A stretch of DNA of 56,857 nucleotides, the filler included, from Stramenopiles sp. TOSAG23-2 (lineage: Eukaryota), in NCBI GenBank assembly GCA_900128395.1. It is 4 parts of 4 records of this genome, joined end to end, with 100 filler letters (N's around TTAATTAATTAA, not from the genome) between each part and the next. Parts side by side here need not be neighbours in the genome. Positions count along the whole stretch, not along the records: positions 1 to 14,195 come from LT649768.1; 3 more parts are not named here. The stretch is one strand, 5' to 3'. A program made the translations under genes and the position numbers. Below the pieces are notes generated by a model. It made no database searches. It saw nothing but the letters and a program-made list of their open reading frames with translations, and was not told where the DNA came from. This document shows, one piece after another, positions 1 to 9,073 of the stretch. The number at the start of each line of letters is the position of its first letter. The stretch's first letter is position 1.

Positions 1-182
1 ACAAAACAAAAAAAAAGCAATCAAGAAACGTCGTCAGAAAAGTACATTGAGAAAACAGGACAACAACAACAACAACAATACAACAATAAGAATAGAATTT
101 GACAAAACAAAAAAAAAGCAATCAAGAAACGTCGTCAGAAAAGTACATTGAGAAAATAGGACAACAACAACAATACAACAAT
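1..182. repeat. Direct tandem duplication (period 101 bp) of the 5' leader of the amidohydrolase gene
   Basis: 1-87 matches 102-182 except one C/T change (56 vs 157) and CAA repeat number. Copy 1 ends ACAATA where copy 2 has ACAATG (start codon). Confidence 0.9.
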
Positions 183-2166
183 GATACATTGCGATACATT
201 AATTAAAAATGGTAACATATGCGATGGTACAGGAAATGAAGTATATGTCAGCGATATTGCTATTAAAAATGGAGTTATAATAGCTGTTGGTCCAAATCTA
301 CAAACATCCCATGATGAATTAATTGATGCAACAGGATTATTAGTCACTCCTGGATTTGTCGATGTTCATACACATTATGATGGGCAAATTACATGGGATC
401 CATATTGCTCTCCATCAACGCAACATGGTGTAACTACACTTATGTTTGGTAATTGTGGTGTTGGTTTTGCACCTTGTAGACCAGAAGATAGGTCAAAGTT
501 AATTGGTTTATTAGAAGGGGTAGAGGACATACCTGGAACTGCATTACATGAAGGTATGGAATTCAAATGGGAAACATTTCCAGAATATATGGATTTCCTA
601 TCGAAACAAGAAACGGCATGTGATTTTTTAGCCATGGCATGTCATGTACCAATCCGTGTATATGCTATGGGTGATCGAGCAGAAAAAACACCAACTGTTG
701 AAGAGTTGAAGTATATGCGTGAATTAGTTGCAGAAGCAATGGAATGTGGTGCAGTTGGCCTTTCTACTTCAAGAACTTTGTTGCATCGTGATTTAGAAGG
801 AACCGTTGTTCCAGGTACATATGGTGACAAATTGGAATTGACCGAATTGATGTGTGGTATGGCACAAGGTGGTGGTGGTATCTTCGAAATGGTACAAGAT
901 TTTGCTGATCATGAAATTGAAATGGATTGGATTTCAAAATTAAGTGCTGGTTTCGGTGTCAAAGTTAGCTTTGGATTTGGTCCGGGTTCCGAACGGCGTG
1001 TAAAATCAATGTTTGATTTGCTAGAAAAAGCAAATGAAACGATGGGTGCACAAGTTACTGGACAAGTTGCCGTGAAAATACAAGGTTTGCTACAAAATTT
1101 AGGATCCAAATTCCATCCATTTGTGGGACATCCAACATATGTCAGTGAATTAGCTGGTTTGGCATTGAAAGAACGGCGTGAATTATTTAGTCACCCAGCT
1201 ATGAGGAAGAGGATATTAGGCGAAAAATCCGGATTTGGTGATGCACCATTTGCGAAAAATATGTTCAACCCTCAAGGTTTATACGTTTTAAATGATATTC
1301 CAAATTATGAACCAGGGAAAAATGAATGTGTATATGAATTAGCAAAACGTAAAGGTTGCACGATTGATGAATTGATGTATGATTTACTTGCTGAAGGTAA
1401 AACGTTAACTGCTATGGGAGGTGGGGGTAAAAAAGGTACTGCTTTATTAGAGCGTACAAAACGATTGATGGAACATCCATGGACAGTAGTTGGTTTGGGT
1501 GATGGTGGTGCACATTTAGGATTGTTAAGTGAAGCGCCATGTCCAACATTTATGCTTACACATTGGGTACGTGATAGAACAGTTGGTACTGGTGCTATTC
1601 CATTGGCAAAAGCTATTAAATTGCAAACGCATGATACAGCTGAATTAGTTGGTTTAAATTATCGAGGTGTTATAGCAAAAGGAAAACGTGCAGATATTAA
1701 CATCATTGATTTTGAAAATTTACAATTGTTAAAACCACAACTTGTACATGATTTGCCAACCAATGCTACTCGTTGGATGCAAAAATCAACTGGATATGTC
1801 CGTACACTTGTCAAAGGTGTGACAACGTTTAAAAATGGAGAACCAACTGGTGCATTGCCTGGGCGTTTGGTACGAAATCCATTAGCTCAGCAATTAAAAG
1901 GCCGTATTCCACACATAACATCGTCTACAAATGCATTGGATATTGTTGATATTGCAACCATACCTCAACCACGTAGTACTAATGATACATTGGTGGATGA
2001 TAAAGATTTAGTTGGTGGTGCTAGTGCTATGGCGCGTGCTGCAAGAAAAAATTTAGCAGCAGCTGAACGCGTAACATCAACAGGAAATATGTTGAGTGGA
2101 AAAGTATTGAATCAAGTTGGATTGGACAGCAGAGGAAAGCCATTAAAAAACAATTCAAAAATGTAA
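181..2166 (+). CDS. N-acyl-D-amino-acid deacylase / D-aminoacylase-family metal-dependent amidohydrolase, 661 aa, C-terminal SKM
   Basis: N-terminal DTLIKNGNICDGTG, metal-binding PGFVDVHTHYD, GVTTLMFGNCGVGFAP, GLGDGGAH, RGVIAKGKRADINIIDF, TGALPGRLVR; intronless ORF. Confidence 0.9.
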   Translation: MIHCDTLIKNGNICDGTGNEVYVSDIAIKNGVIIAVGPNLQTSHDELIDATGLLVTPGFVDVHTHYDGQITWDPYCSPSTQHGVTTLMFGNCGVGFAPCRPEDRSKLIGLLEGVEDIPGTALHEGMEFKWETFPEYMDFLSKQETACDFLAMACHVPIRVYAMGDRAEKTPTVEELKYMRELVAEAMECGAVGLSTSRTLLHRDLEGTVVPGTYGDKLELTELMCGMAQGGGGIFEMVQDFADHEIEMDWISKLSAGFGVKVSFGFGPGSERRVKSMFDLLEKANETMGAQVTGQVAVKIQGLLQNLGSKFHPFVGHPTYVSELAGLALKERRELFSHPAMRKRILGEKSGFGDAPFAKNMFNPQGLYVLNDIPNYEPGKNECVYELAKRKGCTIDELMYDLLAEGKTLTAMGGGGKKGTALLERTKRLMEHPWTVVGLGDGGAHLGLLSEAPCPTFMLTHWVRDRTVGTGAIPLAKAIKLQTHDTAELVGLNYRGVIAKGKRADINIIDFENLQLLKPQLVHDLPTNATRWMQKSTGYVRTLVKGVTTFKNGEPTGALPGRLVRNPLAQQLKGRIPHITSSTNALDIVDIATIPQPRSTNDTLVDDKDLVGGASAMARAARKNLAAAERVTSTGNMLSGKVLNQVGLDSRGKPLKNNSKM

Positions 2167-2686
2167 AGTGGTATATATATATTATATGATGTAGTATTAT
2201 ACCACAAAGAATGTTTATGTGGAGATCTCTCCACAACAAAAAAAAAGTACGGAACAAATACTTAAAAAAAAAAAAAGAAAGTTGTCTCTAGTTTAAAAAA
2301 AAAATGAAAATTTAGTCAAATACATCGCGTCTCTAGTGTGTACAAAAAAAGTGTACATATTGAAAAAGTTTTAAAAATAATATTATATATATAATATAAT
2401 TTACGCATAATTTATTTTTAATTTACTCATGATAATTCCTACTCTTCAAAAGAATAAAATATATATATAATGGGGTTATTATGATATTACGTATGATATA
2501 TCTTAGCTTAGAAGATATAGAATTAGTTTATATTCGTACGTATGATATATATAATTTCTCTTATCATACTCATATATTAATACGAATATACGTATAAATT
2601 TCTTTTACTCCCGGAAGTTAACATCTCAAATAAAAAATAAGAGAATTATTTTATATCTTGATATTATAAAACATTTCAGTTTTATT

Positions 2687-4351
2687 TTATTGTGTACTAC
2701 CTAATGTAATAATATTCCTACCAGTTTCATCTTGTGTAACTGTTCCGGTTCCACCAATCCATTCTTCTTCATTTAACAATCGCATCAACGGTTCCGTTGC
2801 AAAAGTTGCACGGCCTTTGTCATTATACGTACATTTTGTATTACAAACGAATCGTGATCCATCCATTAATCTACCAACTATAATTGCCATATTTGGTATG
2901 GTTTTATCTTTATTTGGCATTGCAAATTCATGTCCAAAGCAGACGGTAAAAACTTCAATTACACAATTACCAGAAGGGATCGGGTTAAAAATTGGCCGTT
3001 TCACTGTATTTACTTCATAGGCATATGAACCTGGAATAGGTGCTTGCCAAACGGATTGTGGAAATGGTTCAGTGGAATAAATACCATATCCTTGCGTTGT
3101 TATTCTTCCACCATTTGTATTCACCAAACCAAATTGACCACGATTTTCTCTACATTTTTGTGCCATTGCAACAACCATTAAACATCCAAAACCAGCACCT
3201 GGCGCACCATGAAAAGAATGCCCACCAACTAAATTCCAACCTCTTCGATCGTCTACAGGCAAATTCAAAGCTTCGGCAGCTAATTGTGGCATACAAGGGT
3301 ATGGACTATAAATGTCAAAAAATGAAATATCATCAACTGTTTTTCTTGCCATTTCTAATACTTTTTTAAAACCTACATGATGTTGTATCGATTGATGATA
3401 TGCAGCTCGGCTAGACATCAATGATGTATCTTCCGTGCTTGCAGTTCCATGCACGTATACCCATTTATCTTCTGGTATACCTAATTTTTTTGCCATACCA
3501 ACTGATGTTACCAGTGCAGCAGCTGCCATATCAACTTCATTGAAAGCGCAACATTGCCTTGTGTAAACATTTGTAATGGCACGATTTCCCGGTGTAAAAT
3601 TTGGTACTGCAATTTCCTCTGCTGACATTTTATTTGGAAACCAACTTACTTCCGGTGCCTTTGCAGCATTTTCACTGTATCGCTCATAAATTTTACCAAT
3701 ATGCAATAAATGATCTTTGTAACTTCGTCCGGCACGAGCCCTTAATGCATTTTCATATAATGAATAACACCAATTTGGTGTAGTAAATCCATGTTTTTGT
3801 TCTTGCGCTTGTTGTACTTCTTCTGATACTCCGATACCAGGCATTGCACAAATACGTAATTCACGTGGCTTTTTCCTGTCTTTGCTATCAACAGCCCATC
3901 TCTTCCCTTGTTTTCGCAATGTTTTCCTGCTATGCCTTGCCTCGCACATTGCAACACATGCTACTCCAAGCTCTGTACCTTCTGATATATTTTTACAGAA
4001 TGTATTTACATATAGTTGACCACTACTCCCAGGTCCTCCATAATAATCTTTTTTTGGTGGTAATGTTATACCACAACCTTCTGCTACCATTTGTGTAGTA
4101 TTATTGGTTTTCTCTTCACGATGAAATGGCATACCCATGCAATCAATTGCATTTCTCAATGCATCTTCACTTGAAGCAGATGCATCTTTAATGGCTTCAT
4201 TCACCGCTTCAATGGCAAGTTGACTTGGTAAAAAATTGCCAGGGAAACCAGCATGTTGTGGTTTTGTTACTCTTGCACACCCAATAATTATAGGAATTTT
4301 AAATTCATCTTGTGATGTAGTCGATGTTTTATTAATAAATACACGTGACAT
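2687..4351 (-). CDS. Thiolase-like protein (bacterial acetyl-CoA acetyltransferase-like family with extra C-terminal domain), 554 aa
   Basis: PIIIGCAR start, YSLYENALRA, VDMAAAALVTSVGMAKKLGIPEDKWVYVHG, DISFFDIYS, GLVNTNGG..TTQGYGIYST, C-terminal IEVFTV..IVGRLMDGSRF. ORF-track start 4369 is TTG; first ATG is 4351. Confidence 0.8.
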   Translation of the reverse strand: MSRVFINKTSTTSQDEFKIPIIIGCARVTKPQHAGFPGNFLPSQLAIEAVNEAIKDASASSEDALRNAIDCMGMPFHREEKTNNTTQMVAEGCGITLPPKKDYYGGPGSSGQLYVNTFCKNISEGTELGVACVAMCEARHSRKTLRKQGKRWAVDSKDRKKPRELRICAMPGIGVSEEVQQAQEQKHGFTTPNWCYSLYENALRARAGRSYKDHLLHIGKIYERYSENAAKAPEVSWFPNKMSAEEIAVPNFTPGNRAITNVYTRQCCAFNEVDMAAAALVTSVGMAKKLGIPEDKWVYVHGTASTEDTSLMSSRAAYHQSIQHHVGFKKVLEMARKTVDDISFFDIYSPYPCMPQLAAEALNLPVDDRRGWNLVGGHSFHGAPGAGFGCLMVVAMAQKCRENRGQFGLVNTNGGRITTQGYGIYSTEPFPQSVWQAPIPGSYAYEVNTVKRPIFNPIPSGNCVIEVFTVCFGHEFAMPNKDKTIPNMAIIVGRLMDGSRFVCNTKCTYNDKGRATFATEPLMRLLNEEEWIGGTGTVTQDETGRNIITLGSTQ

Positions 4352-5213
4352 ATTGTTGCTTTCTTTCAAAGTATAATTGTGTTAAATTGCTTTCTACAGA
4401 TGATTGATACAGTATATACTATCAATATTTTTTCCAAAAAAGATTTGGATATTATTATTAGTAACTTACAAGCAAACAACTGGAAAAAACTATATATATA
4501 TATAATATAGATATCAGAGTTATTTTTTAATGTATATATAATTCAATAATTAGCAATATATGCACATATGGGTATATATATAATAAGTAATAATGGATTT
4601 ATATAAAAGTAGAAGCAGGTGTGGAACTGACTTTTATTTTTTATTATGGACTAGAGGAGGGTCTCCCGTTGGTCGACAGAGGCCTAATTTCATGCTTGAT
4701 AATGTAAGAAGTACCATGTCCTATTTGTATTAATCAACCTCCTTAAAACTAAGGTTTTTGACGGAAAAGTTTTAAAGGTTGTACTCGAGGGTATTGTAAG
4801 TGAAGTAGGATACCTATCGATAAAGTGTCATTTATGAAAATGATAGGATTTTTTTGAAATTTAAGTACAAAGAATAGTATTGTTCAGGAGGAGCCTTGGA
4901 CATACAATCTATTTTTTTAGTTGTTTAATTATGGATTGTTTTCCGTTCCACGCTATCAAATGTTCATAATTTATACTTGAAAGGGTAAATTAGAATATCA
5001 AGGAAAAAACTCATCATCGATTTTCTAAAATATCTTTAACCTCATTTCATACTTTCCAATCAAAATTTATAGTCTATCAAGTATAATATGTTAAAATAGC
5101 ACTGAATAGCATTGTTTTTACATAGTAAACGTCTCACATTTCACGGAATGGAAAATTGTACACCTTATTTTACTTATAGTATGCACGTATCACAGAGTAT
5201 TATTGATATCATA

Positions 5214-5618
5214 CCTATCTATAGGGGTGCAAAAACCTGGGTCACAGTATTCACCTGCTATATATACAATGGATATAGCATACAAGATAGACATACCATT
5301 GTAAATATTTGATAGATATATTACAGGTATTTAGTATAGCCATAAGTACGAAGTGATTCACGGCAAGAACCAAGAATTGGAATGCAGGAGATTTTCGCAA
5401 CTTTCGTGTTGTAGCCAAAAACCATATATCAATATTTGATAATTTATGTTATAAGCATCAAATTGCGAAAATGGACTGATAAAATTAATGACAGTAGCCA
5501 ATGGTATGTACCTAGTAAATAAATATAATATGATAATACCATTACAATGCTATGTAGTGTATATACCACTATAGCAGGTGAATACTGTGACCCAGGTTTT
5601 TGCCCCCCTATCGATAGG
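5214..5618. mobile_element. MITE-like non-autonomous element with 49-bp inverted arms
   Basis: 5214-5262 is the reverse complement of 5570-5618 with 2 mismatches. Core GGGG(T/G)GCAAAAACCTGGGTCACAGTATTCACCTGCTATA. GGGG..CCCC ends (5224/5608) are flanked by TATCTATA/TATCGATA (possible 8-bp TSD, 1 mismatch) or simply TA. No internal coding capacity. Confidence 0.7.
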
Positions 5619-5819
5619 GTATATATAGGGTACATCACATAGCCGCCATGAGGATATATATATATATGTGAAATAACTAACTGTGTAAATATATACACGT
5701 ATAGATATACGTAGATATGGATTCAATAGATAAATCTTATATATTCTTCTACTCCTGTCGTCTGTGGTATTATAGATTAATTTTTAGTGCATTAAACGTT
5801 GTAAATCCATCATTTATTT

Positions 5820-8098
5820 ATGAAAGTACTTACGAGGTGTTTCGTATTGCAATTCTTGCTTAGTATTGCCTATGGAGCACGGCGGTATAAAGGTTTAACT
5901 GATGACTGCAGAGGGAATGATATATCATGGCATAAAGACAAGAATATTGAGGAATGTGAATTGTTGTGCGATGATGTCACTACTTGTGCTGGTTTTACGT
6001 ATGCCCATGGATCTGTAGACGGTAGAGTTGGCGAAAAGGGATGTTGTTTAAAAAGTCAGAGCTGTGGAAATTCTGAAGGTTCTTGTGATCCAAGTAAAAA
6101 ACACTGTTTCTATGTTAAGCACGGAAAATTTGGGTATTTTCTCGGCCCATCTATGAATTTTGACGATGCAAAAAAATGGTGTGAAATTCATGAAATTTCG
6201 ACGTTGGCAATGATTAAAAATGCCGAAAGCCAAAAGAAAGCTGCTGAAGTATGTGATGGTTTTACCTGTTGGATTGGGTTGGTGAAACATGGAGGTAAGA
6301 GTGGTAGTTTGTGGAAGTGGTTAGACGGTGATAACCTTACAAATACATATTCTAACTGGCAATACAGAGAACCAAATGATGTAGATTGGAACTATGCAAC
6401 GATGAATTGTTGTTCTAAGGACGAACAATACAAAGAGCAAAATAAATGGTTCGATGCGCCTGCTAACTATGGAGATGCTCGTCCATTGTGTTTTTCTGGT
6501 GGTGGTTTTAGTAGTGGTTATTGCCCGGCTGCCACTGGTGGCCATATTCTTGGCGCCATTGGATTCGTGCATTGGATTACCTATCATTGGGGTGGCAGTG
6601 CGAGACAGGTACTTGAACCACATGTCGAAATACCTTTGAATCGTAGAAGCCTCTTTCTCGTTGTTCTTACAGTTGTCCTTGCGATATTGCAACTTGCTGG
6701 TGTAAGTGAATGTTACATTTCTCTAAACCTAGTAGATAACCATCTCTAACACACCACTCTTTCAAACGCTGCGCTCCACCACAGGGTGCTTTAATTTTAG
6801 ACAAATGCGATAAAAGTACTACAATAAAATCTGATATTGATTTAGGTATTACATATACTGTTTTTGGATGTTTAGGAGTTGTGTTTGCAACCATTGCACT
6901 AGATAAACTATGTAAGACAAAACCACGTCCACCTATTGATGTAAAAGAAGTAAATGGTGTAAATCATGTAGATTTAGAGTTACAACCACAACCAACAATC
7001 GCAAACACTGATATTTTAGTAGGCATAACGCCACAAAATAACATTGAATTGGAGCAAAAAAGGCGTGAATATTTTAAAAGGAGTGACCATATTCCATGTC
7101 CACAATGCCAACCACCTTTTTCTTCTTCTATGACTGCTTCGGTGGCACCGGATGCACCTGGAAATAAATTAACTGGCCAAGAAGATGATTTGTGTTGGAT
7201 GTGCTTAGGAACTGGCAAAACCAGCAAACATATTGCAGAATTATCCCCACCTCCAGAAAGTGGATTGGATTGTTTAATATGCTACGATAAAGCTGATTAT
7301 GGTTTATCAGACGTTTGTACACATTTTTTTTGTACAACTTGTATACGGCGTAGCTTAGAAACATGTTTAGATGCTGGTGAAATACCAATGTATTGCCCTG
7401 CGTGTAAAGCTACACATGAGAAAAAAAAAAGTGCTGCTGCTAAAATCGGCCGTATTGAAACGCCAACCTTAACGTTTTTAGCAAGGCGTAATGTTATTTC
7501 TAGAGATTTACAATTTCGTATTATGATGGCTGAACGTAAAAAACGAAATGCAAGTGAACAAGGCAAAGAATTTTTTCCATGCCCAGGAAAATGTGGTAAT
7601 TATTTAATTCATGAAGACCCACAGGCTGGTATGAAAGTACAGGAAGGTAAAAATGGGTATAAAATGGTATCATTTACCAAACCTGGTCGTTGTAAATGCG
7701 GTGTCTTATGTTGTGTTAAATGCCATATACAATTAACAGAAAAAAGTATGCTTACGCATGATTGTGATAAAATGAAAGCAAATGCAGAAATGGACAAAGC
7801 CAGTTTAGCTATTTTACAAAAAAATGCCAAAGCTTGTCCAAATTGCGGAGCATGGGTTCAAAAAACAGGTGGGTGCGATACAATGATGTGTGGAACGCAT
7901 TCACATGGATCTATCGTAACTGCAATCCGAAACGGTGGGTGTGGCCATCAATTTGCATGGTCCAGTCTGCAACCATGCAGTACATTTTACACAGGAATTT
8001 ACGGCGAACGTAGGAGTGGGAAAATTTCAAAGGAATACAGATTAAAAGCTATGGAATATGTGTTTGGAAAAAAAGCCGTTGCGTTGAAGCAAAGCTAA
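5820..8098 (+). CDS. Spliced gene join(5820..6701,6785..8098), 731 aa: signal peptide + PAN/apple-like domain + C-type lectin (EPN) + ~3 TM + RBR (RING1-IBR-RING2) E3 ubiquitin ligase
   Basis: Phase-0 intron joins the two ORF-track frames exactly (..LQLAG|GALILDKC..GCLGVVFATIAL). CTL motifs: MNFDDAKKWC, LAMIKNAE, CWIGL, WKWLDG, YSNWQYREPND, WFD. RING1 CLICYD..CTHFFCTTC..CPAC; IBR PCPGKCG..CKCGVLCCVKCH..HDC; RING2 CPNCGAWVQKTGGCDTMMCG..CGHQFAW. Confidence 0.85.
6702..6784 (+). other. Spliceosomal GT-AG intron (83 bp, phase 0)
   Basis: GTAAGT donor at 6702, CTAAC branch point 6746-6750, CAG acceptor ending 6784; removal restores the frame and removes the stop at 6747-6749. Confidence 0.9.
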
Positions 8099-8399
8099 AA
8101 AAGGTAATTTACCGCTCTTCGTAATACAATTTGAAAATAAGTGAGATTGGTTAAAATCTAAGTGTCATAATATCGTAATATTATTTTTTTAAAACTACCG
8201 CGGCTTTTTGCCACAACCGTGCACTTCTAGATCTTTATCTGGGTAGTTACCGGTTGTTGTTCACAACAGGATCTTTCACTTTTCAACCTTTCATGATTTT
8301 CACCATTTCGAAATGAAAAATCCATAATCATAATAACAAGGAATTATACGAATTTAAATTTAGGTCAAAAATGTTGAAACGATGAAATTTTAATGAAAA

Positions 8400-8587
8400 T
8401 TTCCCTGAAGCAACGTGAACACTGTGTCTGTATTTTATTTCATTTATAAAAATCTTGTAAATAAAACTACCAGGTAATTACTATTGAAAAATGAGTTGGC
8501 TTTCCCTGAACACTGTCTGTATTTTATTTTAATTTCATTTATAAAAATCTTGTAAATAAAACTAATTACTATTGAAAAATGAGTTGT
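8400..8587. repeat. Imperfect direct tandem duplication (~100 bp unit) in intergenic DNA
   Basis: TTTCCCTGAA..CACTGT(GT)CTGTATTTTATTT..ATAAAAATCTTGTAAATAAAACTA..ATTACTATTGAAAAATGAGTTG occurs at ~8400-8498 and ~8501-8587; the second copy has small indels. Confidence 0.85.
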
Positions 8588-9073
8588 GCTAGTGCCTCAC
8601 ACAAGGACTATAATATTTCTATAGTCATCTATATATAGCCATCAATCATACTATATAGACTACGAAATGATGCACACAAATGCAACAAAAATACGCGAAG
8701 GTTCAACAACAACAACAAATTTTTTATAAAAAAATAGATATATTGATGCATTACGTGGCCATAGGCATTGGAAGACTGTATATTTACATACATAGTCTAC
8801 ATTAGATACCTGTACGAAAAGCTATAATCCATACATTTACATTTAATTATTAGATAATTTTCATCGAGATAAAGTATATATATTCGTGTGGTGCAACAAT
8901 AACAACAATATAGAAAAGAAAACTCCATACATCACAATACAAACTTAAAAATTATCCAATTATATATCGATAATATAAAGATATTCTATATTATACACAC
9001 AATTTTGCTTATTATATATATATATATCCAACCTCCTTGGTATACCACAAAGTAAAAGAGAATATAGATAAAG

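Noticed and set aside
181-4351. Bacterial contaminant or operon (amidohydrolase + thiolase)
   Set aside because: Genes are convergent, have host-like AT-rich flanks and a CAA leader, and share a contig with an intron-containing eukaryotic gene.
4640-4830. GC-richer intergenic stretch with an imperfect hairpin (4736-4780) as ncRNA or transposon relic
   Set aside because: No recognisable tRNA, snRNA or rRNA motif and no ORF; cannot be supported without an Rfam/Repbase search.
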